Shown here one piece after another: positions 14,220-22,052 of a stretch of 32,000 nt of DNA. Origin of the DNA: Mycolicibacterium smegmatis (lineage in GTDB: Bacteria > Actinomycetota > Actinomycetes > Mycobacteriales > Mycobacteriaceae); NCBI RefSeq assembly GCF_001457595.1, contig NZ_LN831039.1, forward strand, positions 6,840,001 through 6,872,000. Direction: 5' to 3'. The notes beneath the pieces were generated by a model, which was not told the DNA's origin, searched no databases, and saw nothing but the letters and a program-made list of their open reading frames with translations. Positions within the stretch are counted from its first letter, which is position 1; each line of letters starts with the position of its first letter. The position numbers and the translations under genes were made by a program.

Positions 14220-15443
14220 TCAGGCCACCCGGCCGACGTGCTGCGCGGACTCGCCGATGGTGGCCTCAGCCTGCTCACCGATCATGGTGCGCAACAACTT
14301 CCGGTGCTCACGCTGACCACGGAGATCGGCCTTCTCGACCCCGCCGGGCAGCGCCAGGGCGGCCACACTGCGCGTGACGTTCACGGGGAGGCGCAGCAGC
14401 GGGTACCACGGCAACGCGTGTGTCGGCAGTCCCAGCGCGCTCTGTGTGCGCCGGCCCAGGAACGCGCTGGTGATCGAAAGATGCTGTGCCCGGGCGAGTC
14501 TGCGACGAAGCCCCGGCAGGGTGTCGTAGTGCCAGGTCAACGGATCCTGGACCATGGGGGCGGCCAGTTGCCTGGACGATTCGTCGGGCTCGGCCAGCGC
14601 CGACAGTGTGTGGGCCAGCACCCGGACGCTGTCGCGGAAGCTCGTTGGCAGCCAACGGTCTTCGACGCCGATCAGCCACCCGACGTAACGCGTGAGATGC
14701 GCGACCGCGCGGTACTCCGACGGTGAGAGCACCACACCCATCCCCGCGACGCCCACCGCGGGCGCGACGAGTGCGCCGACCAGCGTCGCGGCCATATCGG
14801 TCTGATTGACCGGCAGACCCCACTCGTCGGCGCGCCAGTCCGGCATGGCCGACACGTGGCGACGGACGAACGAGTGGATGAGACGCACGTGGATGGTGGA
14901 CCGGTAGCCGACGCCGAGCGGTTCGAGGCCGCCCTCGGCGATGACATCCATGGCCCACTGCATGGTCTCGGCGAAACGCTTGTTGGAGCCCTTCTCCAGC
15001 GCGCCGGTCCGCAGCAGTGTCTTGTTGAAGCCCGAGAACTGGTACCCGCCGAGCAGGGAGACGTCGCGGGCGATGTACATACCGTCGGCGCCGCCGCGGC
15101 GCAGTGCGCGCTGCCCCTTGCGCACGGTTTCCATGTCCACCCAGGCGGGCAGGGTCTCGTAGGTCCCGAAGAATTCGCGTAGCGGTTCCGGGGCGTCGGG
15201 AACGGAGGCGATGCCGTCGCGTAGCGCGCGCTCGAACAGCGGGCGCGTCTGCTCCATCCCGGTGGCGGCCATCCACTCCACCAGACGGTCCATCGGTTCG
15301 TCGCCGACGGTGAGGCGTTCGCCGAGGACGTGCCACTCCTGCGGCGTCGGCTGACGGATCGCCAGTGCGGTCGCGATGGCGCGGATGCCGGCCGGGATCG
15401 GCCGCGGACGATCCGGGTGACGCGTCGGGATCGTCACGCTCAT
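14220..15443 (-). CDS. MpaB/DUF2236-family oxygenase-like protein (family call from memory)
   Basis: About 407 aa. The central region (GYRSTIHVRLIHSFVRRHV..., DEWGLPVNQTDMAATL) resembles the ER-bound-oxygenase MpaB / Lcp-like DUF2236 family. The ATG at 15443 is preceded by AAAGGAGG 5 nt upstream. Confidence 0.65.
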   Translation of the reverse strand: MSVTIPTRHPDRPRPIPAGIRAIATALAIRQPTPQEWHVLGERLTVGDEPMDRLVEWMAATGMEQTRPLFERALRDGIASVPDAPEPLREFFGTYETLPAWVDMETVRKGQRALRRGGADGMYIARDVSLLGGYQFSGFNKTLLRTGALEKGSNKRFAETMQWAMDVIAEGGLEPLGVGYRSTIHVRLIHSFVRRHVSAMPDWRADEWGLPVNQTDMAATLVGALVAPAVGVAGMGVVLSPSEYRAVAHLTRYVGWLIGVEDRWLPTSFRDSVRVLAHTLSALAEPDESSRQLAAPMVQDPLTWHYDTLPGLRRRLARAQHLSITSAFLGRRTQSALGLPTHALPWYPLLRLPVNVTRSVAALALPGGVEKADLRGQREHRKLLRTMIGEQAEATIGESAQHVGRVA

Positions 15444-15451
15444 CGCGCCCT

Positions 15452-15477
15452 CCTTTGACAACGTTTGTAGTCAAAGG
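15452..15477 (-). promoter_or_regulatory. 8-bp perfect stem-loop overlapping the Shine-Dalgarno of the MpaB-family gene
   Basis: CCTTTGAC (15452-15459) pairs with GTCAAAGG (15470-15477) around a 10-nt loop. On the minus-strand RNA the 3' arm GUCAAAGG overlaps the SD AAAGGAGG. The element starts directly after the stop codon (15478-15480) of the upstream disrupted MFS gene. Confidence 0.4.
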
Positions 15478-16520
15478 CTAGGTCGGTGTCGAAGCACCTG
15501 TCAACGAAGGGTCGTCCACCGCACGTAACGGCCGGTTGGCGGTCTCGCGCATCGTCAACACGGTCGCAAGGGACACGATTGCCGCAGCGATCACGTAGAA
15601 CGCAGCGGCAATGGGGTTGCCGGTCCGGTCGGCCAACCACGTCGCCACGTACGGCGCAGTGCCTCCGAACACCGCCACCGACACGCCCCCGTCTCGCTGA
15701 AGCCGAGGGTTGCCGTGAAGTACGTCGGCAGGTAGGTGAACACCACATAGAAGCCGACGTTGTGGATCACGACCAGACCGGCGATCTGCAGGATGGGCCG
15801 CCACGCCGTGCGCAGCGCCTCCTTCATCGGGGACTCGGCGACATCACCGGACTCCTGCAGCGCCTCGAACTCCGGGGTGTCGCGCAACCGCAGCCGGATG
15901 TAGAGGCCGACGCCCCCGAGAACCCCCGCGATGAAGAACGGCAGCCGCCACCCGTAGGCGTTCATCGCCTCGTCGGACAGCACGGCCCGCAACGCAGTGA
16001 CCGTCACCGAACCCAGCAGGAAACCGACCACCACCGACCACACCAGGAACGCGACCACCAGACCGCGGTGGCGCGTCGGGGCGTACTCCGCGAGAAAGCA
16101 CGCGCCGCTGCCGTATTCGCCGCCTGCCGAGAACCCCTGCACACACCGCAGCAGTACCAGCAGGATCGGTGCCGCGACACCGATCTTCTCGTAGCTGGGA
16201 ACCAACCCGATGCCAAGAGTGGCCAGCGCCATGAGGACAACCACGATCGCCAGCACCCGCTTGCGGCCGATCCGGTCACCGAGGGGCCCGAAGAAGAACC
16301 CACCCAGCGGTCGCATGAAGAACGCCACCGCGAACACGGCGAACGTGCTGAGCAACGCGGCGGTGCCGTTCGACTTCGGGAAGAACTCACGGGCGATGTA
16401 GGTGGCGAGAAAGCCGTAGATCGCGAAGTCGTACCACTCGACGGTGTTGCCTATGCCGGCTCCGAGCAATGCCTGACGTAGCGAGCCCGACTTGTGTTCG
16501 GCCACAGGTGCTGACGACAT
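15478..16520 (-). pseudogene. Disrupted MFS transporter of the metabolite:H+ symporter (MHS, ProP/KgtP-like) family
   Basis: The N-terminal roughly 283 aa ([14 protein letters not shown]..., [10 protein letters not shown], ...[15 protein letters not shown]) lie in one frame (ORF 15591-16520). The C-terminal end ([38 protein letters not shown]...) lies in another frame (ORF 15478-15804). The frames switch at the G/C run near 15686-15694. The combined length of about 345 aa compares with about 430-450 aa for the family, so TM8-TM10 appear to be missing. Confidence 0.72.
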
Positions 16521-16524
16521 GATT

Positions 16525-16564
16525 GGTTGTTACCCCCGACGTTCCCCTCCGACGCGTCGGTAAC
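16525..16564. terminator. Stem-loop between the amidohydrolase stop and the MFS start (candidate factor-independent terminator without a U-tract)
   Basis: CCGACGCGTCGG is a 12-bp perfect palindrome (16549-16560). An alternative longer stem pairs GTTACC/CCCGACG (16529-16540) with CGTCGG/GGTAAC (16555-16564). Confidence 0.3.
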
Positions 16565-16571
16565 CATCAAC

Positions 16572-17525
16572 TCAGCGTGCGGCACCCACCGCCAGCCGAG
16601 GGAGCAGCTTCAGCGCGTTGTCACGGTTGACCGCCACGCCGTCGACGTCTTGGTGATCGGCGAGGTAGGCGTCGAGGTTCTTCGCGAAGCGCGTCGCGAT
16701 CTCGGCAGTCGCGTACGGGAAGTCGCTGCCGAAGAGGATGTGGTCGGGACGGGCGAAGGCCAGCAGCGACGGCAGTGCGGATTCCGATGCCGACAGCGCG
16801 GTGTCGAAGTAGAACTTCCGCAGTCCGTCGAGGATCGACTCCACGCTGACGTCAGGATGCTCGATCGGGACGCAGGTCGCGATGCGCTCGGCGATGAAGG
16901 GGACGAATCCTCCTGCGTGCGACAGGATCACACGGAGGTTGGGATACCGGTCCAGTGTGCCGTTGAGAACCATGTTGATCGCCGCGCGTGTGGTGTCGAG
17001 CAGGAAGTCAGCGAAGTACGCATTGATGCCGGGAATCGAACCACCGGGCAGGTGCGAGGGGTGCACGAAGATGGTGGCACCGCGGCGGTCCAGTTCCTCC
17101 ATCAACGGGTCGAACCGGCGGTCCCCGAGATACGTCCGCTCCGAGTTCGCCAACAGGACGACGCCATCGGCGTGCAGTTCGTCGAGGGCGTAGGCGGCTT
17201 CACCGATCGCGCTGTCGACGTCCGGCAGGGTCAGGGTGGCCCAGAATCCGAACCGGTCCGGGGCGGACCGCACGACATCGGCGCAGAACTCGTTGAGGTC
17301 GCGTGCCACGGCGGGACGCTGTGCCCGCTCAGCGGGCTCCACACCCGGGGTCGTGATGGACAGGATCGCGGTCTCGACGCCGATCGAATCCATGAGGCCC
17401 AGGGCGCTGTCGACGCTCCAGTCGGGTGTGGCCCGGCCACCTGCATTGGTTGTCTGTGCGGCGAGCAGTTCGCGGTACTGCGGCGGCACCACGTGGTGGT
17501 GGACGTCGATGCGTGCCTGGTTCAT
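16572..17525 (-). CDS. Amidohydrolase-2 family protein (ACMSD / aromatic-acid decarboxylase-like metal-dependent hydrolase)
   Basis: The N-terminal motif IDVHHHVVPP is typical of PF04909-type enzymes. Further motifs include FVHPSH and ILSHAGG, and the length is about 317 aa. The ATG at 17525 is preceded by AAAGGA. The earlier ATG at 17540 lies inside the 18-bp palindromic operator. Confidence 0.8.
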   Translation of the reverse strand: MNQARIDVHHHVVPPQYRELLAAQTTNAGGRATPDWSVDSALGLMDSIGVETAILSITTPGVEPAERAQRPAVARDLNEFCADVVRSAPDRFGFWATLTLPDVDSAIGEAAYALDELHADGVVLLANSERTYLGDRRFDPLMEELDRRGATIFVHPSHLPGGSIPGINAYFADFLLDTTRAAINMVLNGTLDRYPNLRVILSHAGGFVPFIAERIATCVPIEHPDVSVESILDGLRKFYFDTALSASESALPSLLAFARPDHILFGSDFPYATAEIATRFAKNLDAYLADHQDVDGVAVNRDNALKLLPRLAVGAAR

Positions 17526-17536
17526 GTCGCATCCTT

Positions 17537-17554
17537 TCATTAACTAGTTAATGA
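17537..17554. promoter_or_regulatory. 18-bp perfect AT-rich palindrome, candidate MarR operator
   Basis: TCATTAACT|AGTTAATGA (17537-17554) lies in the 68-bp gap between the divergent amidohydrolase (start 17525) and MarR (start 17594) genes. A further GTTAAC at 17562-17567 sits in the spacer of a candidate MarR promoter: TTGCGT (17555-17560), 19 nt, TATGCT (17580-17585), with the ATG 8 nt later. Confidence 0.6.
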
Positions 17555-17593
17555 TTGCGTAGTTAACGGTAGCGCGCCGTATGCTTCCTGTCC

Positions 17594-18064
17594 ATGACGG
17601 GACGCGAGACGAGGCCCGGTGCTGCCGGCGTGGAGGAGTTGGCCGAGGCGGCTGACCGGCTGTTTCTCTCCATGCGACGGGCGCGCGGCAACCCGACGGC
17701 CACCGGCGGACTGTCACTGGCGCAGCTGTCGCTCCTGGACCCGCTGCTGGCGACGGAGTCTTTGCCGGTCAGCGAGCTCGCGTCCGCGGCGGGTGTCAGC
17801 GCGCCCAATGCCACGCGCATGATTCAGCAACTCGAGACCAAGGGCTTCGTGCTCCGCGAGCGCTCGGCGGCCGACGAACGCAAGGTCCTCGTGCGGTTGA
17901 CCGATACCGGGGCACAACTGCTCACGCGCCTGCGCGCCAACCGAAGGGCCACGCAGTCCAAGGCGCTTGCGGCCTTCACCGAAGAGGAGCGCATCCACCT
18001 GGCGCGGCAGCTCCAGCGGCTCGCCGACATCATCGACGCAGGTGTCGACCCCACAGGCAACTGA
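17594..18064 (+). CDS. MarR family transcriptional regulator
   Basis: 156 aa. The winged-helix region is LSLAQLSLLDPLLATESLPVSELASAAGVSAPNATRMIQQLETKGFVLRERSAADERKVLVRLTDTG. Confidence 0.88.
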   Translation: MTGRETRPGAAGVEELAEAADRLFLSMRRARGNPTATGGLSLAQLSLLDPLLATESLPVSELASAAGVSAPNATRMIQQLETKGFVLRERSAADERKVLVRLTDTGAQLLTRLRANRRATQSKALAAFTEEERIHLARQLQRLADIIDAGVDPTGN

Positions 18065-18080
18065 GGCATCGGCGAGCCAC

Positions 18081-18110
18081 ACGAGTTAACAGCTGTCTCG
18101 TTGTTAACAT
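18081..18110. promoter_or_regulatory. Second cluster of GTTAAC boxes between MarR and the DUF1906 gene
   Basis: GTTAAC occurs at 18085-18090 and 18103-18108. ACGAG (18081-18085) and CTCGT (18097-18101) form arms around the palindrome ACAGCTGT (18089-18096). A candidate -10 TAACAT (18105-18110) lies 7 nt before the GTG start at 18118, which implies a leaderless or near-leaderless mRNA. Confidence 0.45.
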
Positions 18111-18117
18111 CCGTGCC

Positions 18118-18903
18118 GTGAAGCACTCGGCGGAGAGATCGCGCGGCATTTCTCGGCGCGACGCCCTGCGCTACACGGCCGCCGCCTCGGTGCTGGCCGG
18201 TCTGGGTGCGGGCGTGTCAGCGGCCCCCGCATCGGCCGCCGCGCCCCAGCTGATCGACTTCGCCGCGGCCCAGATTCCGGCCGAGCACATCAAGGCCGCG
18301 GGCTACGCCGGTGTCATCAACTACGTGTCGACCTCGCGGCCCGGGTCGTCCTTCGGCGCCAAACCGATCACGCGTCCCTACGCCGAGTCGCTGACCCGGG
18401 CCGGCCTGGTGATAGTCAGCAACTACCAGTACGGCAAACCGGGCGGAACCGCGCCGTCTGATTTCAGACGCGGCGCCGCGGGTGGCGTCGCCGACGCCAA
18501 GACCGCATGGCAACTGCACACCGCCGCAGGCGGCGCCAGGAACGCACCCATCTACTTCTCCGTCGACGAAGACATCGACCGGCAGACCTGGAACAACCTT
18601 GCGCTGCCATGGTTCCGGGGCATCAACTCCGTGATCGGGGTTCAGCGCACCGGCGTGTACGGCGGCGTCAACGTGTGCCAGTGGGCCATCGAAGACGGGG
18701 TCATCGGGCGGTCCGGCACGCCCGGCAAGGCCTGGGCCTGGCAGACCCGCTCGTGGTCGAAGGGCAAGATCCACCCCGCGGCGGTGCTCTATCAACACAC
18801 CATCGACACCGCGTCGAACCCCGGACCGTTGGTCGGCGGCATCCGCGTGGATGTCAACGACGCCTTGGCCCAGGACATCGGCCAGTGGAATTTCCACCCC
18901 TGA
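18118..18903 (+). CDS. Tat-exported DUF1906 / Rv2525c-like glycoside-hydrolase-like protein
   Basis: The twin-arginine signal is SRRDALRYTAAASVLAGLGAGVSAAPASA. The mature domain (INYVSTSRPG..., VIVSNYQYGKPG, PIYFSVDEDI) resembles the DUF1906 family typified by M. tuberculosis Rv2525c (from memory). Confidence 0.7.
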   Translation: MKHSAERSRGISRRDALRYTAAASVLAGLGAGVSAAPASAAAPQLIDFAAAQIPAEHIKAAGYAGVINYVSTSRPGSSFGAKPITRPYAESLTRAGLVIVSNYQYGKPGGTAPSDFRRGAAGGVADAKTAWQLHTAAGGARNAPIYFSVDEDIDRQTWNNLALPWFRGINSVIGVQRTGVYGGVNVCQWAIEDGVIGRSGTPGKAWAWQTRSWSKGKIHPAAVLYQHTIDTASNPGPLVGGIRVDVNDALAQDIGQWNFHP

Positions 18904-18924
18904 GGTCACATCACTTTAATCTCG

Positions 18925-18936
18925 ACGCAATTGCGT
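18925..18936. promoter_or_regulatory. 12-bp perfect palindrome upstream of the molybdoenzyme gene
   Basis: ACGCAATTGCGT (18925-18936) lies 60 nt upstream of the ATG at 18996. It is followed by the hairpin CTGAAGG-N12-CCTTCAG (18957-18982), whose 3' arm abuts the AGGA Shine-Dalgarno. Confidence 0.35.
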
Positions 18937-18995
18937 TGCCATACCGGTGATCTCTACTGAAGGCGCCAGCAGCCCCCTTCAGAGGACACCCGCCC

Positions 18996-21158
18996 ATGCA
19001 AACACTCAAGATCGTGCGCGGCGCCTGCCCCCACGACTGCCCCGACACCTGTGCGATGCTCTACCACGTCGAGGACGGCAAACTTGTTGACGTCCAAGGT
19101 GATCCGAATCATCCCATGACGCGCGGCGGATTGTGCGTCAAGGTCAAGAACTTCCACGAACACCACTACCAGCCCGACCGCCTGCTCTACCCCATGCGCC
19201 GGGTCGGCGCGAAAGGGTCCGGCGAGTTCGAGCGCATCACGTGGGACGAGGCGCTCGCCGAGATCAAGACCCGGTGGACCGAGATCATCGACACCCATGG
19301 CGCCCAGGCGATCATGCCGCACGCCTACCTGGGCCACCAGGGCGTCCTGAACGGACTGACCTCGGGCGACGCCTTTTTCAACCGACTGGGCGCCACCGTC
19401 GCAGAAAAGACCTACTGCGAGTCGGGTTCGTCGACCGCCTGGCACATGACCGTCGGCGGCACGGGCGGCCTGGATGTCGAGTCGATGGCGTATTCGAAGT
19501 ACATCATCGTCTGGGGCATGAACATGACCAGCACGAATCTGCACGGCTGGCCGTTCCTGCTGGAGGCCCGCAAGAACAACGGTGCGAAGATCGTCGTCAT
19601 CGACCCGGTGCGCAACCGCACCGCCCGACAGGCGGATTGGCACATCCCGATCCGGCCCGGCACCGACGGCGCACTGGCGTTGGGCATGATCCACGAGATC
19701 ATCGCGCAGGGTCTCGTCGACACCGACTACGTCGAGCGCTACACCGTCGGCTACGACGAACTCGCGGCCCGCGCCGCGAACTACCCACCCGAACGCGTCG
19801 AGGAGATCACCGGCATCCCCGCCGACGACGTCCGCAAGCTCGCGTACGAGTACGCCACCACGCAGCCCGCGGCCATCCGGCAGGGCGTCGCGCTGGAACG
19901 CAACCGCGGTGGTGGACAGGCGATCCGGGCCATCACGTGCCTGCCCGCGCTCGTCGGCGCGTGGCGGCACGTCGGCGGCGGCACCATGGAGATGCCGATC
20001 TGGGAGTTCCCCACCAAGTTCGGCGAGATCTGCCGCCCGGACTGGATCCCCGAGGGCACCCGCGTGGTCAACGAACTCGACCTCGGTATGGCGCTGACCG
20101 GTGAGCTGGACCTGGACCCGCCGATCAAGTCGCTGTTCGTCTACAACTCCAACCCGGTGTCACAGGGCCCGGCGCAGGAGAAGACCATGCGCGGCCTGAT
20201 GCGTGACGACCTGTTCACCGTCGTCAGTGAGCATTTCATCACCGACACCGCGAAATTCGCCGATCTGCTGCTGCCCGCGACCATGCAGGCCGAGCAACTC
20301 GACATCATGGTGACCTGGGGTCATCTGTACATCTCGCTGAACCAGCCGGCGATCGAACCACCCGGCGAGTGCGTGCCCAACGTGGAACTGTTCCGGCGAC
20401 TGGCCAGAACCATGGAGTTCGACGAGGAGTCGATGGCGTACTGGAACCGCACCGACCGCGAGATGCTGATCGACTTCCACGATTGGGACGCCCCCGCGTT
20501 GGCGGGTATCACCTACGAGAAGCTCGAAGAGGTGGGCTGGATGCGCCTGGCCGTCGGCGCCCCCGACAAGCGCGCACCGCACGCCGAGGGCAACTTCCCC
20601 ACCCCGTCGGGCAAGTGCGAGTTCAAGTCGAGCCTGGCCGAGGGCGGCAACTTCGTGGTCCCGGTGTGGCGGTCGATGTACGAGGGCATGCAGCCCGGCG
20701 GGTACGTCGACCCGGTACCCGACTATGTGCCGCCGTTCGAGTCGCCACAGTCCAATCCCGAACTGGCCCAGCGGTACCCGTTGTCCATCATCTCGCCCAA
20801 ACCGCACGCGTTCCTCAACAGCCAGTACGGCAACGCCGCGGACAAACAGAAGGTGCAGGGCCGCCAGCAGGTCTTCATCCATCCCACCGACGCGGCCGAG
20901 CGCGGTATCGCCGAGGGCGACATGGTGCGCGTGTTCAACGACCGCGGCTCGTTCCAGGGGCCCGCGGCTTACGAGACCGGGCTGATCCCGGGTCTGGTGA
21001 TGGCCAATGTCGGGCACTGGCAGGGCAAGACGTCCGGCACGACCGTCAACGCCATCACCGCCGACCGCCACTGCGGTCTGGGCAACGCCGGTGTCTACGG
21101 TGACAATCTCGTGGAGGTCGAAAAACTCGACGAGCACGCGGTGGCACAGTCGGCGTGA
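18996..21158 (+). CDS. Molybdopterin (bis-MGD) oxidoreductase family protein, stand-alone catalytic subunit
   Basis: 720 aa. The N-terminal Fe-S cluster motif is GACPHDCPDTCAM...GGLCVK. The body is MopB-like, and the C-terminal part looks like a molybdopterin-dinucleotide-binding beta-barrel (VFIHPTDAAERGIAEGDMVRVFNDRGS). No Tat signal is present and there are no adjacent electron-transfer subunit genes. Confidence 0.9.
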   Translation: MQTLKIVRGACPHDCPDTCAMLYHVEDGKLVDVQGDPNHPMTRGGLCVKVKNFHEHHYQPDRLLYPMRRVGAKGSGEFERITWDEALAEIKTRWTEIIDTHGAQAIMPHAYLGHQGVLNGLTSGDAFFNRLGATVAEKTYCESGSSTAWHMTVGGTGGLDVESMAYSKYIIVWGMNMTSTNLHGWPFLLEARKNNGAKIVVIDPVRNRTARQADWHIPIRPGTDGALALGMIHEIIAQGLVDTDYVERYTVGYDELAARAANYPPERVEEITGIPADDVRKLAYEYATTQPAAIRQGVALERNRGGGQAIRAITCLPALVGAWRHVGGGTMEMPIWEFPTKFGEICRPDWIPEGTRVVNELDLGMALTGELDLDPPIKSLFVYNSNPVSQGPAQEKTMRGLMRDDLFTVVSEHFITDTAKFADLLLPATMQAEQLDIMVTWGHLYISLNQPAIEPPGECVPNVELFRRLARTMEFDEESMAYWNRTDREMLIDFHDWDAPALAGITYEKLEEVGWMRLAVGAPDKRAPHAEGNFPTPSGKCEFKSSLAEGGNFVVPVWRSMYEGMQPGGYVDPVPDYVPPFESPQSNPELAQRYPLSIISPKPHAFLNSQYGNAADKQKVQGRQQVFIHPTDAAERGIAEGDMVRVFNDRGSFQGPAAYETGLIPGLVMANVGHWQGKTSGTTVNAITADRHCGLGNAGVYGDNLVEVEKLDEHAVAQSA

Positions 21159-21161
21159 GCA

Positions 21162-22052
21162 TCAACGCGTGATGACCCGCGGACCGTCGAGGGCGGCGAG
21201 CTTGTCGGGATTGGCAATGGCGTACAGGCTGGTGATCCTGCCGTCGTGGATCTCCAGCGTGACCAGCCCCAGCAGCTGATCCTCGTCGGTCCGCAGAGCC
21301 ACGGCCGGCGCGCCGTTGGCGGTGACGATCTCGAACCGCAGGTCGCGGCGCATGCCTCTGACGATCGCGCCTGCGACCCTCTCGGCGCCCACCAGCGGAC
21401 GGCGGGCGGCACCCGGGAGTCCGCCGCCGTCGGTGATCGTGACGACGTCGGGCGCTAGCAGCGCGACGAGGCCGGCCATGTCGCCGGTCGAGGCCGCGGT
21501 GAGGAACTGCTGCGTGATCTCTGCGGCCTGGTCGGAATCGACGGGGTCGAACCGCTTGCGCCGCGCGTGCACGTGTTCGCGCGCGCGGTGCGCGATCTGG
21601 CGCACCGCGGCCGTCGACTTGCCGACCGCCTCGGAGATCTCGGCGTAGTCGAATCCGAAGACGTCGTGCAACACGAACACGGCCCGCTCGTCGGGTGTGA
21701 GCGTTTCGAGCACCACGAGCATGGCCATCGACACCGATTCGGCGAGCACCACATCCGCGGAGGCGTCCCGGTCGTCGAGCAGCAGCGGTTCGGGCAACCA
21801 GGGGCCGACGTAGCTCTCGCGCCGCCGTGCGCTGGTGCGCTGCGCTTTGAGGGCCTGCCGCGTCACCAGTTGCGCGAGATAGGACTTGGTGTCGCGGACC
21901 GCAGCCAGATCGACTTTCGCCCAGTTCAGATAGCTGTCCTGCAGCACGTCGTCGGCTTCGGTGACCGAGCCGAGGATCTCGTAGGCGATGGTGAACAGCA
22001 GCGGTCGCAACATCGTGAACCGCTCGGTGTGGTCATCCAATCGGGCCGTCAT
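21162..22052 (-). CDS. ECF sigma factor, ECF41 (SigJ-like) group with a C-terminal extension
   Basis: 296 aa. The sigma-2 region is FTIAYEILGSVTEADDVLQDSYL, and the sigma-4 HTH is FDYAEISEAVGKSTAAVRQIAHRAR. The linker motif YVGPWLPEP is characteristic of ECF41. A C-terminal extension of about 100 aa is present, and no anti-sigma gene lies adjacent. Confidence 0.88.
   Translation of the reverse strand: MTARLDDHTERFTMLRPLLFTIAYEILGSVTEADDVLQDSYLNWAKVDLAAVRDTKSYLAQLVTRQALKAQRTSARRRESYVGPWLPEPLLLDDRDASADVVLAESVSMAMLVVLETLTPDERAVFVLHDVFGFDYAEISEAVGKSTAAVRQIAHRAREHVHARRKRFDPVDSDQAAEITQQFLTAASTGDMAGLVALLAPDVVTITDGGGLPGAARRPLVGAERVAGAIVRGMRRDLRFEIVTANGAPAVALRTDEDQLLGLVTLEIHDGRITSLYAIANPDKLAALDGPRVITR

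Noticed and set aside
14078-14377. A 99-aa plus-strand ORF that starts in the convergent intergenic region and could be a small protein encoded within the nested inverted-repeat element.
   Set aside because: Most of it runs antisense through the 3' end of the MpaB-family gene. It has no SD or plausible start context and its composition is Arg/Pro-rich. The region is better explained as structured non-coding DNA or RNA.
18904-18995. A possible Moco riboswitch upstream of the molybdopterin oxidoreductase gene.
   Set aside because: Only 92 nt are available, which is shorter than the Moco RNA motif as I recall it. I see a single 7-bp hairpin and a DNA-type palindrome rather than a multi-stem architecture.
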